DNA of 64,000 nt from the NCBI GenBank assembly GCA_003971905.1, contig RSEE01000086.1, positions 1 to 64,000 of the forward strand, given 5' to 3'. The translations under genes were made by a program, and so were the position numbers. This stretch comes from Moniliella sp. 'wahieum'. Lineage: Eukaryota. Under the pieces are notes generated by a model. That model was not told where the DNA came from, did no database searches, and saw nothing but the letters and a program-made list of their open reading frames with translations. Shown here one piece after another: positions 38,049-50,218 of this stretch; the first letter of the stretch is position 1; the number at the start of each line of letters is the position of its first letter.

Positions 38049-39987
38049 ATGCTCAGCCGTCTGCTGCTCGATGTGGTCATCGACGTCATCTGCGCCGGCG
38101 TGCTGGACGTGCGCGAGATTGTGCACCTCGGCGCACTCAACCGCCGCTTCCATGCCCTGCTCCACGACGACCGCCTCTGGGCCCGCCTCGCCCGCCAGTG
38201 GTGCCTCGATCTCGACGGCCCCATGCCCCCGCTCCACCGCTTCCTCGCCACCCGCGCCGCCTCCGACGAGACTGGCAGCTGGTCTAGTCTCCTCCGCTCG
38301 TCGCGACGCGGTGCTCCTCTACGAACACTCGGCTCGCCAATGCGGCCGCACCCTCGGCCCGCCGTCCCGCCTCCCCTGTCCAGCCCCCTTTCCCACCGTC
38401 CAACATTTTTTCCCACTTGCCTTGGAGGAGGCAGTGCATGGCATGATTGTCGTTCCGTCGCATGATCTCCTCGTCGTGTGGCTTTCCCAAACGATCATGG
38501 CGTACGGTCTATCCACCACCACCAGCGTCGATGGTCCTGGCGCCTGCCTCCTGCCCACCAGCCGACCCAACCGACCCAAGCGCCCGAAGCTCCCTTGCGC
38601 TGAAAACCGTGTCGGCCGAGGGAGATTACCTAGTGGCCCATGTCCGTCAGGCAGAAGGAACGCTGCTGAGATACTTTTATGTTTTCCGTCATACCTGCGC
38701 CGTCGCCCCAGCCGGCACTAACCCCACCTCACCTACCGCCTTACTCGCAGGCCGTGACCCACACCTACACCCTCACGCACCCGCTGGTCTCTCCCCTCCG
38801 TCCTCTTCCTCCAACAACACTCTGTCCTACGATGTCGGTCAAGCCCACGACGACGCCACCAAGCATTCATCCTCGTCTTCGCCGCCCGAAGCGGACACGG
38901 AGCTCTATCGACTGCTCGGTGTGATCGAACTGGAGCAGTCTGTACCGAACGCCAAACTGATTCTGCCCTGGCTGGTAGTGTGGCGCAAGTTTACATTTGA
39001 GTACTATGACCTCGAGACCCAACAATTGGCTTGCACTACCACCCGGATCTGCACTGGTGGCTCGATCCAAAAGATGAAAGTAACGAGATCACCCCCGTTC
39101 CTGCTCACCTACACGATGCACGTGCCAACCGGGACCGTGACGATACGGGGCGGTACGCCTACGCACAGCCACGGTCCATCTTGGCATATGACGTCAATGC
39201 GGCCACGGACGAAATGTACCTGCTCGTGTCTCTTATCTGGTTTGGCGTGAGCCAGCGGACAATGGCAGCAGTATGTTGCGATCGCCTGACGGGGCAGCGC
39301 AAGTGGTTTGTCCTTCGTGATTTTACGCCGGACCCCCTCCCGGCAAAAATGCTGCACCAACAAGTGTACGATGTGTTTATGCCCTTGGCGCATCGGGTCG
39401 AACAACCGGACCGTACCCATGCAACCCCCTTTATGTATCCGAGTGAACTCAGCCCCATCCAGCAGCGAGACCTAGCCCCACACCCGTCGGTCGTACGCGG
39501 TTACAATGGGCGACCCTTGCCTCGGGCGGTACAGGGGTGCCTAGTCCCCTCTCCCATCCCGAACACGAACGACCCGCGGGCATCGAACGATCGCGCCTGT
39601 GTCACCCTCGACCGGGAGACCGATGCGATCGCCTTCTATGCCGATCCGATCTTGATGCTTGTTCGGCGGTACCCCAAGCGGCCTGGGACGCATCCCTCGG
39701 CCCATGCGACAGCCGAGGGTCAACAGGGGCAAGACGAACGAGACCAAGGGTGGGAAAGGGTCAAGACGAACCACCATTCCAGCCACAAGGCAGAGAAGGA
39801 AGCAACCGAGTTGGTGGCGACCATGTTGAAGCTGCGGCAACAACGTTCGATCGGTACCGGTTCGGATTTCGTCTCTGTCAATTCATTTTGCTCGGCTGCT
39901 GGGGGCCGGGTGTTTTGGGGCAACCCCAACACGCTGCCCGTCTTGGTGGACTATACCTCGGCCCAGCGGCCCGTGACATTCGCGTGA
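38049..39987 (+). CDS. F-box protein with unknown C-terminal region (may extend to ~40538)
   Basis: MLSRLLLDVVIDVICAGVLDVREIVHLGALNRRFHALLHDDRLWARLA F-box pattern; continues through frameshift-linked ORFs 38447-39250 and 39031-39987. Confidence 0.7.
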
Positions 39988-40943
39988 TTGGGCTGGGCGG
40001 TCCACGGCACCCTAGCCCGTTCGAAGTGCAGCGGGAGCTGGAGCGGTCGGGCAAATCCAACGCGCCCCACGCTGACTTTTACGATGCGCATGCGTGGGTG
40101 CAGGAGGACAGCGCAGGAAAGGAGATGGACGGGTACCTAGCGAGTCAAACGGCGTGGATCCGACGTGCGATCGAGGGGGAGACCAAGTACACGGGCGACG
40201 CGCAACTGACCAGTTCAGCCGCCTATGTCATGGGCAATTTCTTCTCCCGGCCTCACTCGGGATCCAAACTGGTGCACTTTGTACGGTGCTGGGACCTGAC
40301 CACCTCGGCGCTCTTATCTCTTGCCCGCCCAAAGCTGCTTCGGTCTTGGGCAAGCGGACTCACATCCCCTGTCCGCCGCGCCAAGAAGTGTACCTGGGCG
40401 AAGCACAAGCCCAACGCAAACGCTCCGCTCGCACCGGCCGGCACGAACGCTTCGGACGCGCTTGAGGTGGTTCCCTGGTCACTGATTACTTGGTTGGTCC
40501 TGCGCCGAGAAGCAGGACAACGGCTTGATTGGGAATAGGAATGGTATTTACATGTATGGGCCCGAGGGGCAACAACATCCGAAAGGGAGGGGGGGGGGAG
40601 GGGGGGTGGAAGAGACGAGAGGCAGGCGCTGAATATTGAATGGGCTTCGGCTGGTGCGGCTGGGCATGCGGCCCAGAGGAGCCCCGCAATTTACCCCGCC
40701 AGTGCCTTTCCGCCGTGACTAATTTTTTTTCAACCTTCATTCCGCGCAGTCGCCGTAACGCCCGATGTCGTCCAATCGCCACTACTGCTCGCCTGTTCTC
40801 TCGGCTGACGGCAGTGTCGGGCTCTTCGTCTGATCCTGCAGCACAAACAAGTACACACGCATGCAAGTGCGCGCTGGCTACAAACGATATCAGTCGGTTC
40901 CGACCGGTGGCGGCGAGGGGGGAGGGGGGACAGAATGGATGTG

Positions 40944-41544
40944 TTATGACTGAGCAGGGGCGTCGGCGGTGGCCTTGGCCTTGGCAGCCTTTCTCTCTTC
41001 GACGGCCTTGTCAAACACCCAGTCGTTCAGCCCATGGCGGTTCCGCGCAATCTCAAAGATGTAGAACTGCATCTTGGGCACAAAGATGGTGTTGGTCTGC
41101 GTGTACTCGTCGCGGCTGTCCACGCGCAGGAGCGAGGCCAGGTTAAAGTCGGCCACTGCACGGGGTGCGCCAGGCAACAAAAAAAGGGAATGGGATGCAT
41201 CATGGTCAGTATTTCCTGTTGGTCCCTGGTGGTCCCAGGTGGTCCCAGGTGGACTTGGGTCCTGGTACAAGTAAGCACGACATACCTTTCTTTTCGTACT
41301 CCATGATCCACTCGCGCCAACGCGGCTTGTTCTGCGCCGACTTGATCTCGTCCTCGTCCAGCTTCTGCACGCGCTCGGCCGAGGTGTACTCGGGGAAGAC
41401 CTGGAGGAAGTGCGCATACATGTCGTCGTCCAGTCTAGAGGGAGCGGAATGCGGGCAATGGTTAGATGGTGCACTCAATACGCAGACGCAGATGCAGATG
41501 CAGACGCAGATGCAGACGCAGGCCAGATGCAGACGCAGACGCAA

Positions 41545-41575
<31 letters not shown>

Positions 41576-41789
41576 TGCAAACGCAGACGCAGACGCAGAC
41601 GCCAACAAAGAGGGCAGGTCAGGGGAGGCAGACAACATACTTGGTCAGACGGAGCTTGCTGCCCTTGATCTTGGTGAGCAGGCTCCAGTAAGTCTCGGAC
41701 TGCTCCACGGCCTGGACAGCCATCCGCATCTCAAACGCCTCGGCGTTCTGGACGTCCTCGGGGTTCATGCCAGCGACAGTGGAGGACAT
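40944..41789 (-). CDS. PBDC1 / YPL225W family (polysaccharide biosynthesis domain) protein
   Basis: EMRMAVQAVEQSETYWSLL...KLRLTK/LDDDMYAHF...KPRWREWI...VADFNLASLLR...IFVPKMQFYIFEIARNRHGLND; two introns. Confidence 0.95.
41481..41602. repeat. (CAGACG/CAGATG)n microsatellite in PBDC1 intron 1
   Basis: About 20 hexamer units visible. Confidence 0.95.
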
Positions 41790-42332
41790 GCTGGGCACAC
41801 AGTGGCGATGGTGGAGGAGCAGCAAGCTACCTGTCCCGCGCGGCAAGTGGCTAGTGGCGGGCCGCCCGCTGAGTCCTGACGTCATCCATCGCGGACGCAG
41901 GATGAAGATGAAGTAATGCATGCCGCCCCAATTGGGAATGTTAGTGCGAGCGGAATGCCACGGCGCGCAATTCCCACCAATTCCCCTGCTGGGCACCCCA
42001 GCCCAGCGCCAGCCACCAGGTTCCCCAGGCGGTGTGACATGTGATTAACAGCTACACTGGTCAGCTGGCCAGGCCCAGTCAGTCGGTCCATCCGCCGGTG
42101 CGTCCCGTCGCGCTGGCCACTCCCAAGTCGCGCCGCTGTCCTTGGCGACGCAGCCTATAACCCATCGGGCCCTCGGTGGGGTCTGCTCCCATGTTCCCAT
42201 GGTGCCCACTGTGGTTCCCTCTCTCTGGCCTGTACCATCTACCCTACCTCTCTCGCCTCTCGTGTGGAAACCAACCAAAAGGTATGCATTTTGACCTGGC
42301 AGGCACGCCAGTGGAAGACCACCGGTTGGGCC

Positions 42333-44587
42333 TCAGGGTCGCGGACGCAGAGAAAGTGAAACGTGGCGCTTAAGGCTGCCCAGTAAGCTTGGTCGTGGTG
42401 CCGGGTCGGCCGGCGGCGGGGCAGCCAAAGGTGGTGGGCGGTGGGTCGAAGAAGAACGGGGCTGGGTGGAAGACGAACGGTGGGGGACAGAAGGAGAGCG
42501 GTGGTGGGTAGAAGAAGAACGGTGAGGGGTAGAAGGAGAGTGATAGTGGGTAGAAGAAGAACGGTGGTGGGTAGAAGAAGAAACGGCGCGGAGCCGGGGC
42601 CGGGGCCGGCACGGTCGAAGTAGAAGTCACACTAGAGCCAGGGCCGTTGAGAAGAGGCTTGGCTGCTACCGCACCATTGCGGGCGGTCGGGGGTAGAAGA
42701 AGGTGTGGGGGGAGGCCGAGGCAGGGGCCGCAGCCGGGGCCGGGGCTGGGGCTGGGGCTGGGGCTGGAGTGGTGGATGCGGAAGGGGCCAAAGGAGGGGG
42801 TTGCGGGGGGTTCCGTGCTTCTTCCCCCCTTGGCGGGGACATGGGTGAGTCCAAGCCGGGATCCGCAGTGGGACTGTTGCATGGGCGGCAACGGGGGAAG
42901 ATGGAGAGCTAGGTCCCAAGGGACTTGGCTGCCGAGGCGGGGGCAAGAGGGAAGAAGAAGTGCTAATGCGGGGGCCCATGGACCAGGACCGTTCGAGCGA
43001 CGAGAGAGCGGTCCCAGGATTGGCGCGGTTCCACCCTGCCGAACCTTGCAACAGCGTGGGCGACGGGATGGAGCTAGGACGCGGTTTGGCTTCCTCCAAT
43101 TGGCGCATCATCTCCCTCGCGCTCCTTGGCGTCCCTTGGCACGAGCGGCGGCGCGCGCTGCGGCGCGAGCTGCCTCGGCCTCGGTCTCCGCCGCCTGGAC
43201 AAAAACATCTGGCGACTCGGTGCGTACCACGTCGTCACGTGGTGGCTCGTGGCGGGAAGCGCTGGAGATGCGGACAGCGGGGACGCGTACCGCGCGGCCC
43301 CGAGGGCGGCGGGGAGCGGACGCGCGGCAAAAGGCACTGGCGTTTCGTGGTGCGGCTGGTACAGACGCGAGGAGGGCAACTGTCTCGCGGCCAAGGTCTT
43401 GTCCTTTGATGTTTTCGCGCCGCGCTGGGCGACCAGGGCGGGGAATAGTCGGGCTGCTGCGCTCGCTCCAACATCGGCACACACTTGCCGCACGCACAGG
43501 CTGGGTTGAGTCGCTCGCGAACGGGCCATTTTCGTTCGGGAAGCACGGGCTCGGGCAGCTCGACCGGGGCCGTAACGGAACGAATGCGGGCCAGGGCGCC
43601 GCGCATCGACAAGCGCTTTGCCTTGCCCGGTGCAGGCGGCGGGAAACGGGGGGCGGCACGGGCGCAGGCGGCGGCGCAGGCGACAGGAGGGCCCACGGCT
43701 CGTTCCACCTCGCAGGCAGCGGTTGCACGAAGCCCACCATGCGCGTACCTGGGTCTCGATGGGCACAGGGGTCTGGTTGGGCTCCGGCGGGGCCGCCGGG
43801 GCGGGGCTGTGGGAGGCAGTGGGCGGGTTGCCCATGCTGGGAAAGGGGGACATCCTCCGAGTCCTCGGTGCCATCGGGCGTCGAGCCTTCCTCCTCCGAC
43901 TCGTCGCCGCCGCCCAGGTTGAGGGCCTGCATGACGGGCTTGGGGGTCAAAAGAGACGGACTGGGGGTGGGGCGATGGCCGCTGGTGGGGATGGAGAGAT
44001 TGCGGCCGTCGTGGTCGTGGTTGGTCGAGGTCGGGGTCGGGGTCGGGGTCGGGGTGGTGGTTATGGTGGTGGTGGTTGGAGGATCGTCGTCGGGTCAGAG
44101 ACGAGGGCTGCGGCAGGGTAATGATGCGCGGGTGGGGCTGCGCGTGGGCAGCGCATACACGGCAGCGGGAGCAGGGCCGCGGCGATGCCAGCCGGGCCAG
44201 ACGTGCCGGCGAGGGAGACCTGCGGCGACGAGCTGGGCGGGCGGGGCACAGTCGCGCTCCAGCTGGGCGAGGGGTCCTGGTCGTCGTCGTCGGGGGGGTC
44301 GGGGACGAGGCCCATGCCGGCGGCGTTCTTGGTGTTGTGGACGGTGAGTGCATAGCCGAGGCCGCGGCCGAGCTCGGAGTTCTGGACGGCATGCTGCGGG
44401 CGAGGGCGGCGTGGGCGGGGGCGAGGGCGCGAGGGCGGACGCGGCGGCGGCGGGGGGCGCGGCGGGCGGGGGCGGGGGCGCGGCCTGGAGCTCGGGGCGG
44501 TCGGGCGGGCGGTAGGGGGGTGCGGGGTGGTGGCCGTCCGTTGATCACGTCGACGAAGCCGACGAAGGCAACCGCCTTGGGCGCCAT
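42333..44587 (-). CDS. Hypothetical Pro/Ser-rich protein
   Basis: Start MAPKAVAFVGFVDVING; globular-looking QHAVQNSELGRGLGYALTVHNTKNAAGMGL; EDSEDVPLS; frameshift-linked long minus ORFs; divergent from the VPS9 gene. Confidence 0.5.
42438..42582. repeat. 21-bp coding tandem repeat x~7
   Basis: ggtggtgggtagaagaagaac variants (RSSSTHH-like on the minus strand). Confidence 0.85.
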
Positions 44588-44754
44588 GATGGGGGGGCGG
44601 GGGGGTTGGCTGCAAAGGGTAAACTAGAAACGCCGATTGGCAGACTGCGCACCCCGCCTGCCCGCTGACGTCAGCCGCCCAGCTGCCACATGCAGGGGGT
44701 TATGCGGGGGCTAGGCCTTATAACCCCCCCCCCACCACCACCACCACCACCGCC

Positions 44755-47700
44755 ATGCCCGCCGCCGGCGAGTACGACGCGCCGCTGGCGTATGCGCCCG
44801 CCCGCACACGCCACCACCCGCGCCCCGCCCCATCGCCCTCGCCCTCGTCGCCGTCGCCGTCCTCGCCATCCCCATCGCCCTCCGCCGCGTCCTCGCCCTC
44901 GCCCTCGTCCTCCCCATCGCCCGCACCCGCACCCGCCCCAGCACCCGCTCCGCCCCCCGCCCTGCCCCAGTGCCCGCCGCACTACCCCCCCCCCAGCCCA
45001 CCACCACCACCACCTCACCCCTCGCTGCCGCCAGGCCGCCCAGCACGCCATGGCGCCCGCCTGGCGCAGCTCGCGCTCCCGCCCACCTCCTCGGCGCCGC
45101 CCTCGCCGACAAGCTCGCCGCCGTGCCGTGCTCGCCCCCCCAACGACTGGGGCCGCGTCTTGGCCCTGCTGGCGGGACATGCCACGCTGCTGTCCCGCGC
45201 GCCCCGTGGCCCCCGGGCAGGAAATCCCCCTCGCCCTCGTCCTCGACCATCTCGTGCTCACCCCGCCGTGCGCCAGGCCGGCGCCCCGCTGGTCACCCTC
45301 TCGGGCCTGCGCGCCACGTACACCGCTGCCACCGACTCCGCCCCGCCCGCTCGTCTTCTGCGCCTTTGTCCCCAACCCCCGCTTCACCCTCCACACGACC
45401 CAGCCCGCCTGGCCGATATGTCGCTCCCTCGTTCCGCCCTCTGCCGCCCTGGCGACCGACCCCCACAACCCGCACATCACCCTCCCCTGCCGCCCCCCAC
45501 CCCCACCAAGTCTGCTTCCGACGATCAGTTCACCTGGCCCCGGCTATTGTACGCCGCGCCACCGCCCGCCCAGCGTCCCGCCCCGGCCGAGCTCCACGTT
45601 TGAACGGCTGTTGCCGGCTCGCGTCCCCCTCGCTCTTCGGGCCCCGGCTTGCGCGATCATGTCAATAGGGCCGACTCCGAAGAAAACAATGTCTCCTTTG
45701 TACAGGTAGTTGGCCGTGCCGCCATCACCTGCGCCGTCTGGCCACCGAGCAGGCTCTCTCCAAGTCGGATCTCCTTGCGGCCATGGCGGCGGCCATGCAA
45801 AGCGCATCGGCCACCTCCTTGCTCAAGCCAACATCCCCCTGCAGTGATCGATGTAGTAACCAGCTTTGCCGCCGCCTTCTATCCGCAGATGCCCTCGAAT
45901 CCTGCCACAGGCTAAGCAGCAGTGCGGGAAACCGGACAAGCGTTGCCTCGCTTGGTTCCAACCACAGCGGATCCCACACACTGCCCCCCTGGGCCCTGTC
46001 CCGCTCCCGCTCCGAATCGGACACGGAGGCCTGCTCCCTTCCCCCAAGCGTCCGTGGAGGAGATGGCAGAGACGGTGCAATCTCTGTATGCCAGTGTGGC
46101 TGTTCAACTTGCTCCCGAGCTGGGCGAGTCCCAAGACGATGAAGCCCCGCTCTTGCCACCGTGCACAGGCAACTGCATGTGGTCGAGGAGGTGGTGACGA
46201 CCGAACTGTACGACCGCCTGTTTGCGCCGTACCACTCGACCGACCGCGAGTTGGACGCAACGTTGGCCTCGCGGATCGCTGCGCTGAACCTGCTCGGTCT
46301 CGATCTGCCCCACTTGGGCCTCGTCCTTCCGCCCGCCGAGTCCGAGGCTGGAGCGCAAGTGAACGAGACGCTGGGTACGCTGGTGCGCCAGTGCGGCGCG
46401 TTACTGACGAGCCTGGATGCGATGGATTGCCGCACGCCGCACGACAAGCTTGCTGTCCTGGTCCAAGCCCACCATTTGTTGGCCGAAGGCGTAGCACGCT
46501 TACCGCCCATTGAGCTACGTGACGAGCCGGCGATTGATGCCGTCGGGACAGAGCCGGCAACAACCGTATTGGAGACAAGCCCACTGCTCCTGTTGACGTT
46601 CCGGGCGCCCGCGCGCCGACCCAGGGCGCCGCCTCGGCCGATTTGATCCTCCCGCTGCTGATTTACAGCGTTGTCAAGTCCAACCCGCGCGATTTGGTGA
46701 GCCAACTACTGTTCACTGAGCGGTTCCGTGCCCAGGGCCTATCCGTCGGAGAAGAAAGCTACGCACTGGTCAATCTTCAAGCGGCAGTTGCGTTTATTGA
46801 GAACGTGTCGCCTTCAGCCTTGGGCTTTAAGGACGCCGAATCGGTTCTGCCACCGCCGGCGATGCTGCCTGCGCAATCTGCTCCTACGAGACCGAGGGAG
46901 GACGAGTCCTTTTCCGCCTTGGCGATTGGCAATCGTGTGCGCACGCCTTGCCTCCGACTTGGGCGACATTGCAGGCGCGTCCAACAAGGTGGTTGCGGGC
47001 GTACTCGGTAGCTCCTTGACGGCTTTTGGCCGCATCCTCGTACCCCTCCTAGCGGGTCCACGCCTGATACTTCACTTGCTACTTCGGTGCCCGCAGCGCA
47101 CGAGGCAGAGCCGCACCCAACCCCCCGACCCCACTCTCCGCCCGCTGCCGTTCGGAGGGCTGTGCCTGCGCCGCCCCTCTTGTCCACGGCGGCTGGGGAA
47201 CCAGAGCGGCCCAAGCGCGAGCGCAAGGTTAGTTTGGTCGCCGCGGCCGAAGATCGAGAAGAGGCGGCTGAGGCGCCCCGGGCCAGTTTGTCGGAACGAC
47301 TGGCTGCGCTGCCCGTGTTGAACCGGCTCGGCGCTGGTGCGCGCCCGCCGAGTTGGGCAGTGCGCCCGCTGCAGCACGCGAAGTCGATGTGCCTCCCTCG
47401 CTGCTGTCGCCGTACCCGCCGCTGCACCGGCCGCCGTCGAGCAAACGGCCAGTCCATGTGGTGCTTGCGTGCTCGGGCTCGGTGGCCAGCTTGAAAGTGC
47501 CACATATCGTGTCGGGCTTGCTGGCGCATCGCAATGTGCGCGTTCAAGTGGTGCCACGCCGGCCTCGTTGCATTTTTTCGATCGGCAGCAGATTGAGCTC
47601 ATGGCATGGACTGCCGCCGGTCGGCCAATGCCCAACCCCACGCTCGACTTTGGCCTGGGAGAAGACCCGCCCGAACCGAGGAGGCCGAGGCCGAGGCTGA

Positions 47701-48655
47701 GGCTGAGGCTGATCCAAGTCTCAATCCCACTGCCAGTCCCAATCCAATCAGCCAAGGCGATCGGGATCGCCTGTCTCGGCGGCCCTGCAGGCGCAGGCAG
47801 CCAGTGAGGTGCACAGCGACTATACCGTGCTGGACTTGGCCATGGAAAATTTAGCTGCGACACGACGGGATGCGCGTCTGGCCGCCAAGCGGCCCCGACT
47901 CCATCTCTGGACCGACGAGGACGAGTGGACGCAATGGAAACGCGTCCGCGATCCGATCCTGCACATTGAGCTAAGGCGCTGGGCCGACGTGGTGCTCATC
48001 GCACCGTGCTCGGCCGACTTGTTGGCCAAGCTGAACGCCGGGCTGTGCGATACGTTGGTCGTACGTCCCCCCCCCCCCCTCCTCTCTCCCCACTTCCCTT
48101 GCTACCTTCAGATCTGGCTGACTGTCGTTTTGCTTGTCTTTGTTTCCCATGTGCTTTGGGGCTGTCCAGACGAGCTTCCTGCGTGCTCTGTCGCCTACCA
48201 CACCAACTTACCTCTTCCCGGCGATGAACACGCTGATGTGGATGCACCCGCTCACCGCACAGCACATTAGCTTTGTGTCGTCCGTGCTGGGGTACGAGGT
48301 GGTGGGCCCAATTGAGAAGCGTGGCCTGTGGCGATGTAGGCCAGGGCGCCATGGCCGAGTGGCGCGATATTGTGCAAGTGGTGGTGCGCAGATTTGCACT
48401 GGAGCGCATCCCGCTGCCCCCGCCGCCTTCTCACTTGGACGCCACGATGCCCGCAGTGCCCACCATGGCCACCATGGCCACCATGCGCATGATGCGCATG
48501 ATGCGCACGATGCGCACGATGCCCACCATGCCCACAATGCCACGCATGGGGCGGAGGGAGCAGCGGAGGAGGACCAGCCGCCGCGGCTGCCGTCGCGGCC
48601 TTCGTTCCTGGCGTCGCTTGCGGAGGCCGCGAGCGATGCACCGGCTGCCGGGTGA
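44755..48655 (+). CDS. VPS9-domain Rab5 GEF apparently fused to phosphopantothenoylcysteine decarboxylase (Hal3/Cab3 flavoprotein)
   Basis: VPS9: ELYDRLF...D..LASRIAALNLLGLDL.HLG, TPHDKLAVLVQAH, ADLILPLLIYSVVKSNP, GEESYALVNLQAAVAFIEN (46180-46805). PPCDC: HVVLACSGSVASLKVP, WTDEDEW, PILHIELRRWADVVLIAPCSADLLAKL, FPAMNTLM, ACGDVGQGAMAEW (47455-48400). No intergenic gap between them. Confidence 0.75.
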
Positions 48656-49036
48656 GGCGTGACGCGTGGGCTCAGGCCAGAGGCCGCGCGGGTGTTGCAG
48701 CGGCGGTGCTCGAATGGCAGTCGCAGCCATGTTGTTCCTGGATGATCTGGATGGGGGGACACGGTCGGCAGTTCCTCGCTACCATAGAAACCAGAGAGCA
48801 CAAGACAGCGCCGGGCAGATTACCCCACAGTCTGCATTACGTTACATTAGGTCGGCGGGCAGGGGGGGCGTATTCGGAATTGCACCGGGTGGTCTGTGCG
48901 GGCGACGCATCGGCCGGCTAATAGTGTGCACCGCCGGTGGCGCAACTCGGCCGAGCGAGCGTGCAGAATAAAAGCCACGCGCGTCTTCTTCGTCGGGGCG
49001 GCCCACCCCACCTTACCAGTACGCCTTGCGGCTACC

Positions 49037-50218
49037 ATGTCTGCCTTCACGCCCATCCTTCTCGCCTCGCCCACGCTCCAGGTCGCCCTGCTGCCCTTTG
49101 GCCTCACCATCCAGTCCATCCAGGTCGCCGGCCAGGAGGTGCTGCCGTCGTACGAGGACCCGCGCTCCCACGGCCCGCCCAACCGCGCGTTTTTCGCGCC
49201 CATCGTCGGCCGCTTTGCCAACCGCCTGCCGGCCGGGGCGGTCCCCTTTGGTCCGCCGCGCTCGGTGGCGCATCTGCTCGAGTTCAGTGCGCCCGGCATC
49301 TCCCACCACGGCGGTCCCGCTCCGGACCATCTTGCTCCGGGCTTGCTCCAGCATGGGCCGTTTGACCAGTGCATCTGGACTCATCTCCCGCTCGCTGACG
49401 CCACCCTCTTCCGCCTGCCGATGCGCCTGCCGACACGGTGGCTTCGGCCCTGTTTGCGCTCGAATCGCCCGACGGCGACCAAGGCTACCCCGGCCACCTT
49501 CGCGTTGAAGTCCTCGTCGCCCTCACTGCCCCGGCCACCGCGACCGACCCCAAGGACAAGGGCGCTGTGCATCTGCTCTACCGCGCCAAGATCCTAGATG
49601 CAACCCCTGTCACGCCGCTCAACCTCACGCACCACTGGGGGTTCAATCTCACCGCCGGCTCGTCGCTGCCTGCGGCGCTCGAGGAGCACGGACAAATTGA
49701 TGCGCACACGTTGACGCTCCCGCCCAGTACGTTGCTCGAGACGGACGCGCGGGTTTGCCGACCGGCGAGCTGCTGCCCATTGCGAGCGGCGACGCACACG
49801 ACTTTACCAAGGGCAAGCGCTGGGGGACAAGATGCCTGCGGGCGGGTACGACTACTACTTTTGGGGGCCGGAGCAGGCTGGGCTCGTGCGCTTGGCCGCT
49901 GCCTCGACGGGGATGGAGGTGGTGCTGCGGTCGGACCAAGTAGGTGCGCAGCTGTACACGACCAATGGTCAACCGGCCTACCCGGCGCCTGCGAGCCAAA
50001 CGGGCGGCGCACGAATGCAAGCGCTGGACCATGGTGCTGACCGGGCCCGGTGGCAGCAGCTCGGCAACCAGCAACGGTGCTCGGCGATGATCGAGTTTGG
50101 TGCCCCCCATGCTACCTTTCTTCACCCGCACCTCGCCCAGCAGGCCGGCACCGACACGCTCCTACGCCAAGGTCAGGTGTACAGCGCCCACACCAGCGCC
50201 CAGTTCTTGGCGCCCTAA
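49037..50218 (+). CDS. Aldose 1-epimerase / galactose mutarotase
   Basis: IVGRFANRL, HHGG, SPDGDQGYPG, TPLNLTHHWGFNL, GYDYYF, DQ...QLYT, MIEF. Confidence 0.92.

Noticed and set aside
42647..44347. 566-aa + strand ORF and other long Arg/Gly/Pro-rich ORFs
   Set aside because: Antisense or off-frame shadows of GC-rich genes; stop codons are rare at this GC content.
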